DNA of 64,000 bases from positions 2,180 to 66,179 of the forward strand of contig JACPTQ010000049.1 in NCBI GenBank assembly GCA_016192705.1, given 5' to 3'. This DNA is from Deltaproteobacteria bacterium. Its GTDB lineage: Bacteria; Myxococcota; JACPTQ01. The position numbers and the translations under genes were made by a program. Under the pieces are notes generated by a model. It made no database searches and had not been told where the DNA came from. It worked only from the letters and a program-made list of their open reading frames with translations. Positions 39,566 through 48,129 of this stretch are shown piece after piece (the first letter of the stretch is position 1; each line of letters begins with the position of its first letter).

Positions 39566-40348
39566 TTAATTGCAAGGGCGTCCCTGCTTCAAAGTCTCGA
39601 GTTGAAAGACCTCGTCGCCCAAATCGTCGACCTTAAACGTGATCGACTCGACCGCGAGAACCGTCGAGTGTCTCTTCTTGACGTTTTGCATCTTTGACAC
39701 CTTGACGTACTCACGCCCCTCGGCCACCGCCGTTTCCTTGACAAACATCGTCTTCAGATGCGCGCCCCTCTTGTCGAAGAACTTCGCGCGCCGCGCAATG
39801 TAACTCTGCTTGTCGATCCAATAAATAATCTTCGAATAGATATCGCTGTTCTTCGCACTCTCCTTCGGCGTCACCTCGATCACATGCGTCCCCAGCTCAT
39901 CCTCGGGCAGCGACTTATATTCAGCGTCGTCGACATTCTGCGATTCAAGGTCCGCATACGCGAAATCGGTCCCCATGAAGCTCCCCGACCGCTGCGACGC
40001 CGCAATGCGCCGCACCTTCGACAGCTCCGGCAAAAAAAGAAACTGGTCGTCCTTGCGACCACGCTTTTCGTTGACGAGAAACGACGTGCCCTTCACGTCA
40101 TCCGGCGACGCGAAGCACACGACCGTATTTCGAAGGCCCCCAAACTTCCGCGACTTCGACAACACAACCCGCTCACTCGTTTCACCGCGTCGATTCGAAA
40201 GTTCCATCTTCACGCGCGATACCGCCCCCTCCATTCCGAACGTGTTCTTGTCGATCGATTTCCGAAAGATCTCCTTGGCGTCGTCGTCTTGACCAAAAGC
40301 CGGCGCCGCAAACGCAACCCCGCAAAGAATCGCAAATATCTTTTTCAT
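39566..40348 (-). CDS. Outer membrane lipoprotein-sorting (LolA-like) protein
   Basis: FASPDDVKGTSFL...DDQFLFLPELSKVRRI...SFMGTDFAYADL. Confidence 0.9.
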   Translation of the reverse strand: MKKIFAILCGVAFAAPAFGQDDDAKEIFRKSIDKNTFGMEGAVSRVKMELSNRRGETSERVVLSKSRKFGGLRNTVVCFASPDDVKGTSFLVNEKRGRKDDQFLFLPELSKVRRIAASQRSGSFMGTDFAYADLESQNVDDAEYKSLPEDELGTHVIEVTPKESAKNSDIYSKIIYWIDKQSYIARRAKFFDKRGAHLKTMFVKETAVAEGREYVKVSKMQNVKKRHSTVLAVESITFKVDDLGDEVFQLETLKQGRPCN

Positions 40349-40620
40349 TCAAAACTCCTCGCTCGAGCCCCAACCAACTCCCGAATCCAAGGCGACAAGT
40401 ATACACCACTCACGTCAAACCCTCGAAGCGCCCCAACGAGCGCGGAAATCCGCTCTGCGACCGGCGCTTCGCCGTCGAGAATCACTTTTTGTTTGTCGTA
40501 CACCCGGCAATAACCGCAATGCGCCGGCGTCTCCGATTCAGCGAGCGCATCGTGAACAACCGTTAAGTGAAGGCGATCGGCGAGGTCGAGGAGTTCATCG
40601 AGGATTCGCTGCGGATCCAC
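40345..40620 (-). CDS. Conserved-looking hypothetical protein
   Basis: ELLDLADRLHLTV...GYCRV...VYLSPWIRELV. Overlaps the next start codon. Confidence 0.75.
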   Translation of the reverse strand: MDPQRILDELLDLADRLHLTVVHDALAESETPAHCGYCRVYDKQKVILDGEAPVAERISALVGALRGFDVSGVYLSPWIRELVGARARSFE

Positions 40621-40664
40621 ACCGGGCTTATATCAGCGGCCCAAGCGCGGCGGCAAGTTTTACC

Positions 40665-40789
40665 CCAATCCAGCGATAACGGCCCGTCTGCTGCGTTGCC
40701 TTCGTCGTTCGCAGCCTCAACGTATACAGAATACGCCTCAGCTGCTCTCTCCTCGGCGCCTTGCACCCGAGCCGTCCTCGCCGGATTGG
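40665..40789. repeat. Palindromic intergenic repeat, family A, copy 2
   Basis: GTCTGCTGCGTTGCC...CTCAACGTA...TACGCCTC...CGCCTTGCA. Homologous to 31070-31190. Confidence 0.8.
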
Positions 40790-40814
40790 ATTGCCTCGGT
40801 GACCAGCGTGTTTG

Positions 40815-41822
40815 TCAGCCCGCGAGGTCGAAATCGACGCGCGCCTCTTTACCGGCCTCAACTTTCACCTTCTTCTCAACGATCTTCGGCGCCGCGTAAA
40901 TCGCCCGTCCATCTGATTCCGTCCGTTCAACGTTCCACCCCTCGTGCCACGCGCGAATCGTGTATTCGCCAGGCGGCACGTCCGTTAGCTTGAACTCCCC
41001 CTTGTCGTTCGTTACGTGGTGATAAGGGTGGTCAACAACGAGAATGAACGCGCTCATCCAAACGTGGATGTCGCACTTCACCTCCATCAGCCCCTTCTTC
41101 CGCAACCGCTGCGGATCGCGCTGCCCCTTGAGCGCCTGCGCCAAGTTAAACAGCTCGGTCCCCTCAAGCGACGGGTGAACGTTGTGGTTAACCGAGTCCG
41201 AGTTCACGACCTCGAGTTGCGTCCCCTTTGTCGCAACCTGAACGTGCGGGTCGTAGGTGCACCCCTTTTGATCGAGCACCGCGTCCTTCTTCTCGACCGG
41301 CCGTCCCTTGCGAATATCGGCAAGCGACACGATCGTGTTTTTCACGCCCTTTGTCGCTCCATCGACATACAACCGCTCGCTCGGTCGCTCGCCATTTGCG
41401 CTTCCGCACACCTTCTCATCCTTCGGCTTGAACTTGAGTGGCGGCAACTTGACAGCGCCGCCCGTCCACTTCACAGCGCCGACGATCGTTCCACCGCCTT
41501 CGACCTTCGCGATCTCTTCGTATTCGCCATCGCCACCCACTGCGGCCGTTGGCGTCGTCGGCGTCGCGGGCGCGGCCGGCACCGCGGTTGGCGTCGTCGG
41601 CGTTGGAGTCGGCGTCGTGGGTGGCGCAACCGGCACCGCAGCGGGGGCCTCAACCCGCGCCGCCGGAGCCGCAGCGGGCACCGGCACCGCAACCGCTGGA
41701 TTGATGACCACCGGCTTCATCGCAGGCGGCTTCGCCGACTCCTCGCCGCGTCGCTTGCATCCACCAAGCGCAAACAACAACGCCGCTCCTCCGACTGCAA
41801 AAACTGTCACTCTTGTTTTCAT
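40815..41822 (-). CDS. Lipoprotein with carboxypeptidase-regulatory/cupredoxin-like domain
   Basis: Lipobox LGGC, DQKGCTYDPHV, NSDSVNHNVH, KCDIHVWMSA, PPGEYTIRAWHE. Confidence 0.85.
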   Translation of the reverse strand: MKTRVTVFAVGGAALLFALGGCKRRGEESAKPPAMKPVVINPAVAVPVPAAAPAARVEAPAAVPVAPPTTPTPTPTTPTAVPAAPATPTTPTAAVGGDGEYEEIAKVEGGGTIVGAVKWTGGAVKLPPLKFKPKDEKVCGSANGERPSERLYVDGATKGVKNTIVSLADIRKGRPVEKKDAVLDQKGCTYDPHVQVATKGTQLEVVNSDSVNHNVHPSLEGTELFNLAQALKGQRDPQRLRKKGLMEVKCDIHVWMSAFILVVDHPYHHVTNDKGEFKLTDVPPGEYTIRAWHEGWNVERTESDGRAIYAAPKIVEKKVKVEAGKEARVDFDLAG

Positions 41823-41855
41823 CGCTGACCCTCCTTAACCCCCGGCCTCCCAGTG

Positions 41856-44800
41856 CTACAGCCCGTCCCATGTGACGAGCAAGTCCCGAATCATACGGAC
41901 CCGCTTCGCCGTGTCACCCTGCCACGGCCCCGGCGTCTTTTCCCACCCCGCGCGCGGCATGTTCACTCCGGCTTGAACCTTCAACGGATCGTTCAACCAC
42001 GGAATAAGCCAATCGGGCCGAAGCCGGTCGGGTCCAAGCGCGAGCGACGGCGCGCGCACCGGCTCGTTGACGTGGCACGCAGGACATCCCAGCGCCGTGA
42101 ACAGCTCCTTCGCCTTCGGGCGATCCTCCGCAGACAGTTCCGGCTGGTCGTAGTGCTTGAACGGGTACTCCGCCTTGTTGGTCGACGCGAAATACCACGC
42201 GAGCGACGTCGCCTGATCATCGGTGAACCCAAACGTCGGCATTCGAAGGTCAAGCCACGGTCGCAGCTTCCACGGGTGCTTCAAAAACCCAAACAACCAT
42301 TCGCTCCGAACCTTCGAACCCTCGCCGTTCAAAACCGGCGGACCGTACGACTTATCGCTGTACTCTGCGAGAATGTCGCCGCCCTTCTGCTCAATCACGT
42401 GGCACCCTTGGCAATTGTGGAAACGCACGCGATCGCGCCCGCGCTCGACCGCCTGGCGCTCATCCGACAACTTCTTCACGAACTCCTCGCCGTGAATCTC
42501 GTGTCCACGCAAGCTCCGCAAAAAAACCATCAGGTTCTCGATCCGCTCGGCTCCCCGCTTCGCGTCACGCGCGCCCGGCTTAACCGCCGCCTCTTTCGCA
42601 TCAACGTCAAAGGTAAACTTCGGCATGCGCAACCGAATACGCTGCGTCTCGTACTGCCGCGGGTCATTCAACTTGCCGCGCACCCAATCGTGCCACGTAA
42701 TTCGATTCTGTTTCGTGACGGGGTCTTTTTCGCGCCACGCCTCCTCGAGATACCCAAAGTCGAGCTGCTCCTCGATCTTGGAGCCGATTTCGTTGAGCTC
42801 GATCCCAATCTTCGATTCCTTCTCGGTCCCCTTGATTTCGTGGCAGCCAAAACACCCAAAATTCTTGACGAGCGCCAAACCCGCCTCGACATCGCCCTTC
42901 ACGAATTTCGGTGCCGCATACGCTTTCGCGCGCGTCGCGACGAGAAATTCGACGATGTCGCCCGCTTCGTCGCGCGTCAGCCTAAGGCTCGGCATGGCCG
43001 TCGTCGAATTGTGCGCCCGCGGATTTAATATCCACGACGTGAGGTGACTCTTGGCCGCGTCGGTCGCCGCGATCTTGTTGCCCACGCGCGTGAGCTCGGG
43101 TGCGAATTCGGACCCAACAAACTTGCCGCCTTCAACGAGGCCGTGGCAGCCAAGACACCCAACCGACTTGATGAGCGCGAGACCGGATTTGCGTCGCTCT
43201 TCGGGGGACTTCGCGAGAGCGGGAGAAGAAGTTAAACGCAAAGGCGCGGAGACGCCAAGGGGAGAGGCTTTTTTTTCTGGGTCTTGGCGGCTTGGCGCCT
43301 TAGCGTTGAAATCCCCTGCCGGTGCGGGTTTGGGCCCAAGCCACCCCGACATGTTCGTCTTCGCCGCTTCTTCCGGCGTCGGTACTTTCGCCTTTTGGTC
43401 GATCAAAAAAGCCGTAATCTGCCGCGCCTGCTCATCACTCAAAAAGAACTGCGGCATCCGCGTCCCGGGGCGATACTCCTGCGGATTCTTGAGCCACGCG
43501 TAAACCCAACCCGCGTCGAGCTTCGTCCCCGCGCTCATCAGCGTCGGCCCGACCTTCTCCAACGCATCGAAAAGCCCCGAGTTGTGACACCCGATGCACC
43601 CAATCCGCTTAAACTCAGCCATCCCGGCGTTCAACTTTTCCGCCCCCGCGATCTCGGCCACCCCCTCGTGACACTTCCGGCACCCCGACTCCGCGAACCG
43701 CCCCTTCTGCATCGGGTCTTCCCAATACCCCGCCCAACCGTGCCCCGCCTTCTCCATCGTCGCAATCCCTTGCCCACCATGACATGGAGTACAACCGAAC
43801 TTCTCGACCGGATGCTTCCCCAAAAGCTCGTGCCGCCGCGGGTGCGTCTCCAAAACCTTCGGAATTTCAATCGGCTGAATCGCCTTTCGCGCCGCCTTCT
43901 CATCCCGCTGAACCCACATCGCAACTTTGCTCGCGATTCCCGACACGGTTTCCGGCGACTCCGCGAGGCTCGCCGCGATCACCTGAACCGCCGTCGTCTC
44001 TTTCCCCGCCTTCTTGAGCGCCGCGAACTCCCGCGCCGCGAGCCACTGCAACAAGTCCTTCTTTAGAACACAGAATTTCGTCGCCATCTCCAGAACGAGC
44101 TTCCCGCGCTCGACCTTCAAAAACTTTTTCGCGGCCTTGTCGTCTTCCGTATCTTCAATTTTCTTCGCCTGGTCTTTCAGTTCCGCTTCGCGCGCCTCAA
44201 ACGTCCGCGCAATCTCGGCCGCCGACGAATACCCGCAACTGTCAACCGCCATATGGCACGACTGGCAACGATCGATGAGGTGAATCTTCGGATTGACCAC
44301 CTGCACGATTTCGGTACCCGACGTCTCCTTCGAATTCTTGATTCGCCGATCGACGTCTTCGATGTCTTTGAGCAGATCCTTTTTCTTTTCCTTAAGCGCG
44401 TCGAGCTGCCCCACGACCGCTGCAAGCGCGACCTTCGACTCTTTCACCGCACGCTCTTCGCCCGCAATGACAACATCCTGTTTCGCAATTCGCGCGTCAA
44501 AATCCGCGAGTTTCTTTTCCGACTCCTTCTGATTCTTTCCCGCTTCCAGCGCGTGCTTCTTAATCTTCGCCAGCTTCGCTTCATCTTTTGCCGTCCGCGC
44601 CCGCTCGGCATCCTCGTGCGCCTTGAACACCTCGAGCGTCGCAAGGTAATGGAGGTAGTACTCCGCGTCCGACTCACTCTTGATGAACGACTTTTGCTGT
44701 TCCGCATCCTTAAATCGCGCTTTCGCTTTGTCGACGTTCGAATGGAGCTCGTTGACGCGCTTGACCATTTCGGGCGTCTTCAGCGCCGTTTCGAACGACG

Positions 44801-45074
44801 CAATCTGGCCGTCAAGCGACTTAAGTTTCCCTTGGCCAGCGGGCGATTCAAGCTCTTCGATGAGGCCCAATCGCTCGCGTTCAAGCTTGTCGAGGCGCAG
44901 CTTGAAAAACGCGTTCTGATGATGCTTCCAGGGGCGCCGCGAAAACGTCTCGTCGTAAAGCGCCCAGGCCGACACACCAAGGAACATCGACCCGAGGATA
45001 AACATGTGAACGTTGTACGACTTCGACTCGACCGGCACGCTGTCGATTCGCTTGGGTTTCTCAGCACTTCCCAC
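41856..45074 (-). CDS. Membrane-anchored octaheme cytochrome c with long coiled coil
   Basis: Eight CxxCH motifs (CQSCH, CTPCH, CRKCH, CIGCH, CLGCH, CFGCH, CQGCH, CPACH), several xMP axial Met motifs, N-terminal TM helix. Confidence 0.92.
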   Translation of the reverse strand: MGSAEKPKRIDSVPVESKSYNVHMFILGSMFLGVSAWALYDETFSRRPWKHHQNAFFKLRLDKLERERLGLIEELESPAGQGKLKSLDGQIASFETALKTPEMVKRVNELHSNVDKAKARFKDAEQQKSFIKSESDAEYYLHYLATLEVFKAHEDAERARTAKDEAKLAKIKKHALEAGKNQKESEKKLADFDARIAKQDVVIAGEERAVKESKVALAAVVGQLDALKEKKKDLLKDIEDVDRRIKNSKETSGTEIVQVVNPKIHLIDRCQSCHMAVDSCGYSSAAEIARTFEAREAELKDQAKKIEDTEDDKAAKKFLKVERGKLVLEMATKFCVLKKDLLQWLAAREFAALKKAGKETTAVQVIAASLAESPETVSGIASKVAMWVQRDEKAARKAIQPIEIPKVLETHPRRHELLGKHPVEKFGCTPCHGGQGIATMEKAGHGWAGYWEDPMQKGRFAESGCRKCHEGVAEIAGAEKLNAGMAEFKRIGCIGCHNSGLFDALEKVGPTLMSAGTKLDAGWVYAWLKNPQEYRPGTRMPQFFLSDEQARQITAFLIDQKAKVPTPEEAAKTNMSGWLGPKPAPAGDFNAKAPSRQDPEKKASPLGVSAPLRLTSSPALAKSPEERRKSGLALIKSVGCLGCHGLVEGGKFVGSEFAPELTRVGNKIAATDAAKSHLTSWILNPRAHNSTTAMPSLRLTRDEAGDIVEFLVATRAKAYAAPKFVKGDVEAGLALVKNFGCFGCHEIKGTEKESKIGIELNEIGSKIEEQLDFGYLEEAWREKDPVTKQNRITWHDWVRGKLNDPRQYETQRIRLRMPKFTFDVDAKEAAVKPGARDAKRGAERIENLMVFLRSLRGHEIHGEEFVKKLSDERQAVERGRDRVRFHNCQGCHVIEQKGGDILAEYSDKSYGPPVLNGEGSKVRSEWLFGFLKHPWKLRPWLDLRMPTFGFTDDQATSLAWYFASTNKAEYPFKHYDQPELSAEDRPKAKELFTALGCPACHVNEPVRAPSLALGPDRLRPDWLIPWLNDPLKVQAGVNMPRAGWEKTPGPWQGDTAKRVRMIRDLLVTWDGL
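43221..43313. repeat. Palindromic repeat family B, in frame inside the cytochrome gene
   Basis: 93 bp, inverted copy of 46251-46343 with 4 mismatches. Confidence 0.92.
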
Positions 45075-45339
45075 GAATTTCGCTCTCCAAAAGTTGTCTA
45101 CCGGTCGACTCGATTAACACTTCGCGACGCGGCTCGTCAATTCGAAGTCATCCCTCGATTCCCGGTTAACGGCCAAGACCAGAGTGGGGCGGTCGGGTTT
45201 GGGCTCGCTCCGGCTCGCGGAAGTCCTCGGGTCTGACATGAAATGTGAGTCTGCACGAAATGAATCAAACATCATCAGAACGGCAATTCCATGCCCCATC
45301 GGCACCTCATCCCCTGCGGACGCGAACCTCCGCTTGCCC

Positions 45340-45496
45340 AATCCCCGCCCGCCCAACCAGGAACAGGCCGTTCCCCTGGAACGGCGGTTGAGAGACTTGG
45401 GGGTCGATCGATCGTCAGTCGACACCCAGCGGGTGAACTCTTCGTACAGCCCTCAAGCCTAAGAAACACGTCCCCGGAAAGCGGTCGGCAGGGATT
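45340..45496 (-). ncRNA. Structured ncRNA candidate with 6S-RNA-like rod
   Basis: Nested stems with G-U pairs only on the minus strand, and a central bubble with a small 3'-side hairpin. Confidence 0.4.
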
Positions 45497-45499
45497 TGC

Positions 45500-45619
45500 G
45501 TGGGGTCGGCAGGGACGCCGCAGAGGCGCGCCTATTCCGCGAGCAGTCTGTCGGCAAGCCAGCGGCTTGCCGGCGCGAGCGGAATGGCGAGGGCGACGGA
45601 ACGGAGCCCGCAGCCCCAC
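45500..45619. repeat. Palindromic repeat family C, intergenic copy
   Basis: TATTCCGCGAGCA...AAGCCAGCGGCTT...CGCGAGCGGAATGG...CGACGGAACGGAG. Confidence 0.7.
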
Positions 45620-45827
45620 CTTTGCGCAGGGTCTGCAGCGTGATATCGGCTTGGAGCATCGAGCTTTCGCGTGCCTCTGACCCGCGGATCGTTCGCACGC
45701 CTCAAATCAGACCCGAGGACATCGGCGCGCCGAAGCGGGCTCCTGTCGACCCTCACGCTCACGAGCGACCGGACCGCTTAACCGGGGATCGGGGGAAGTC
45801 ATCGTCTGAAAGCGGTGTTAATGTACA

Positions 45828-46994
45828 ATGGTTCTCATGTTGGGGCGCATCACGATTTTCGCGTTGATGGGTGGCGTATTGACCGCCGGGACTGCGCGTG
45901 CGGAGACGGCGCGCGAGGCGGCCGAGAAGCTTGCGAAGGCGGGCGATGGTTACGCGAAGCAGGGCGACGCGAAACTCGCGGTGATGGCGTATCGGCGCGC
46001 GATTGACCGCGACGCGACGTTCGCGCCACCTTACGCGGGGATTGGGTATTTGCTGCTCAAGGCCGGCGAGAAGCGGGAGGCCGCGGTTTTTTTTGACCGG
46101 TACCTGGCGCTCGAGACAAGGCCGTCGGAGGCGGCGAACGTTGCGCGCGTCAACGAGGCGCTCGCGGGCATTCGACCGAAGGCCGCTCCCGCGCCCGCAC
46201 CCGTAACCGCTCCCGCAGCCGCTGGCGCTCCCGCACCCGCTCCCGCAGCGGATTTCAACGCCAAGGCGCCAAGCCGCAAAGACCCAGAAAAAAAAGCCTC
46301 TTCCCTTGGCGTCTCCGCGCCTTCGCGTTTAACTTCTTCTCCCACACCCGCAACCGCCTCATCACTCCGCGACGCCGACCAGCTCTTTCGCCGACGCGAT
46401 TACAAAGCCGCGGCCGCCGCCTACCAAAAACTTGCCGCCGCTTCGAAGACCGCCACGGAACCTCGCTTCAAGCTCGCTGTCGCGCTCACCGCCCTCGCAC
46501 GCTGGAAGGAAGCGCTCGCCGCATGGGATGACGTTCTCGCCGTCGATCCAAAGAACGCCGCGGCTCGGCTCTACCGAGAGCGCGTCGCCGAAAAAGCCGC
46601 GAAAGTCATCGACGCCGCTCTGCTGCCCGCCGACGACGCCGTCAAGCGCGCCGCAATCGCCCTCGGCGACGGTTCGCCAAGCTTAACGCTCCGCCTGACC
46701 GGAAGCGTCCTCGCGACGACGCCCGACCGCGCCGATGCGCTCATTCTCCGTGCGCGCGCCTTCGCCGCCCTCGGTCGCTTCGACGACGCCGTGACCGCCG
46801 TTCGCCGCGCGCTCTCGCAAAATCCCGGCGACCCTCGCGCGCACTTCGCTCTCGGCGAAACGCACCGAGCCCTCGGTGAACGCGACAAGGCCCGCGCTGC
46901 GTTTTTGCGCTTCCTCGCGATCGTCGACGCGACCGACGCCAACTTCGCACGCGACATCGCCTTCGCGCGCCGTTACGTCGAGAGCCAACCGTGA
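45828..46994 (+). CDS. Secreted TPR-repeat protein
   Basis: Signal peptide and several TPR motifs (e.g. RAHFALGETHRALGERDKA). Confidence 0.85.
   Translation: MVLMLGRITIFALMGGVLTAGTARAETAREAAEKLAKAGDGYAKQGDAKLAVMAYRRAIDRDATFAPPYAGIGYLLLKAGEKREAAVFFDRYLALETRPSEAANVARVNEALAGIRPKAAPAPAPVTAPAAAGAPAPAPAADFNAKAPSRKDPEKKASSLGVSAPSRLTSSPTPATASSLRDADQLFRRRDYKAAAAAYQKLAAASKTATEPRFKLAVALTALARWKEALAAWDDVLAVDPKNAAARLYRERVAEKAAKVIDAALLPADDAVKRAAIALGDGSPSLTLRLTGSVLATTPDRADALILRARAFAALGRFDDAVTAVRRALSQNPGDPRAHFALGETHRALGERDKARAAFLRFLAIVDATDANFARDIAFARRYVESQP
46251..46343. repeat. Palindromic repeat family B, in frame inside the TPR gene
   Basis: GATTTCAACGCCAAGGCGCCAAG...CTTGGCGTCTCCGCGCCTTCGCGTTTAACTTCTTCTCCC. 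Confidence 0.92.
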
Positions 46995-47004
46995 GGTCAC
47001 GATA

Positions 47005-48126
47005 ATGGTTCGCCACGCTGAGATAAAAGTCGCGTCGGGCGAAATTGTCGTCTATCGACTCTTCGACGTTGCGGACGCCATCGACCTCACGCGCGCCGAA
47101 ACCGCCTTGCGCGCCGGAACATTGCCGCGCCTGTCATTTCGCCGCGCCGGTTACCGCTCGATCGAGTTGCCGAATCCACCCGCGACCGTTGATCTCGGAA
47201 CGCAATCGATCGAGCTCGGCTCGGCGACGCTCCACTGCGACTGCTCGGCGCGCATCTACGACGTCGGCTCGCTGTCGATCCAGGTGCGGATCCCCATCGC
47301 GCGCGGAACACCGTTTGACGACATCGTCGCGCTCTCACCACTCATCGACGACAATATCTCGCTCGAGCAGCTCACGCGCCGCCTCGCCGACGAGCTCTCG
47401 CACCGCCTCGCGCCGGCCTCCGAGCGCTCGCACCACTGGGCCACACGCGAGGAGTACACCGTTTTCTTCGTGCGCGAATTCGCGCCATCTCTGAGCGCCG
47501 ACCAAGCCCTCGAACGACTCGACATCGCGCGACTCTTGCTCGGTGAACCATCCGCCGCAAAGCTCTCCGACCGCGAACGCGAAGACGTCTTGAAGCGCCG
47601 CCTCTCCTACTTCGACGACGACGTCGCCGTCATCGACTGGAACAGCGCCTTCGTGCTCGAACCATCCGGCGCGCGCGACATCCCCGACCTTCTCGAGTTC
47701 GCAACCACGCAGCTCCTCGAATTGCGCTACTACGACGCGCTCCTCGATCGCGAACTCGCGCAAACGTACGACCAGTTCGACGCGCTCGGCGGCCGCACGG
47801 TGCTCATTAACCTCGGACGCTACACCGCACTCTCACGACGCCTCTTGCGCCTCTCCGTTGAAATCTCGGAAATCACGGAGCGCATCGACAACAGCCTCAA
47901 AATCATCGGCGACTTCGCACTCGCGCGGGTTTACCAGGCCGCCGTCGATCGCTTTCGCATCGCGCACTGGCAGCGCTCCATCGACCGCAAAGAGGCGATC
48001 ATCCTTCAAATCTACAACTTGCTTCACAATCAAATCACCGCGTCGCGGAACCTCATCTTGGAAGGCGCGATCGTTCTCCTCTTCGTGCTCGACCTCATCC
48101 TTCTCTTCTTGGTCAAGGCGAAGTAA
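47005..48126 (+). CDS. RMD1/CorA-like hypothetical membrane protein
   Basis: YRLFDVADAIDL, SYFDDDVAVIDW, QLLELRYYD, single C-terminal TM helix. Confidence 0.75.
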   Translation: MVRHAEIKVASGEIVVYRLFDVADAIDLTRAETALRAGTLPRLSFRRAGYRSIELPNPPATVDLGTQSIELGSATLHCDCSARIYDVGSLSIQVRIPIARGTPFDDIVALSPLIDDNISLEQLTRRLADELSHRLAPASERSHHWATREEYTVFFVREFAPSLSADQALERLDIARLLLGEPSAAKLSDREREDVLKRRLSYFDDDVAVIDWNSAFVLEPSGARDIPDLLEFATTQLLELRYYDALLDRELAQTYDQFDALGGRTVLINLGRYTALSRRLLRLSVEISEITERIDNSLKIIGDFALARVYQAAVDRFRIAHWQRSIDRKEAIILQIYNLLHNQITASRNLILEGAIVLLFVLDLILLFLVKAK

Positions 48127-48129
48127 CGC

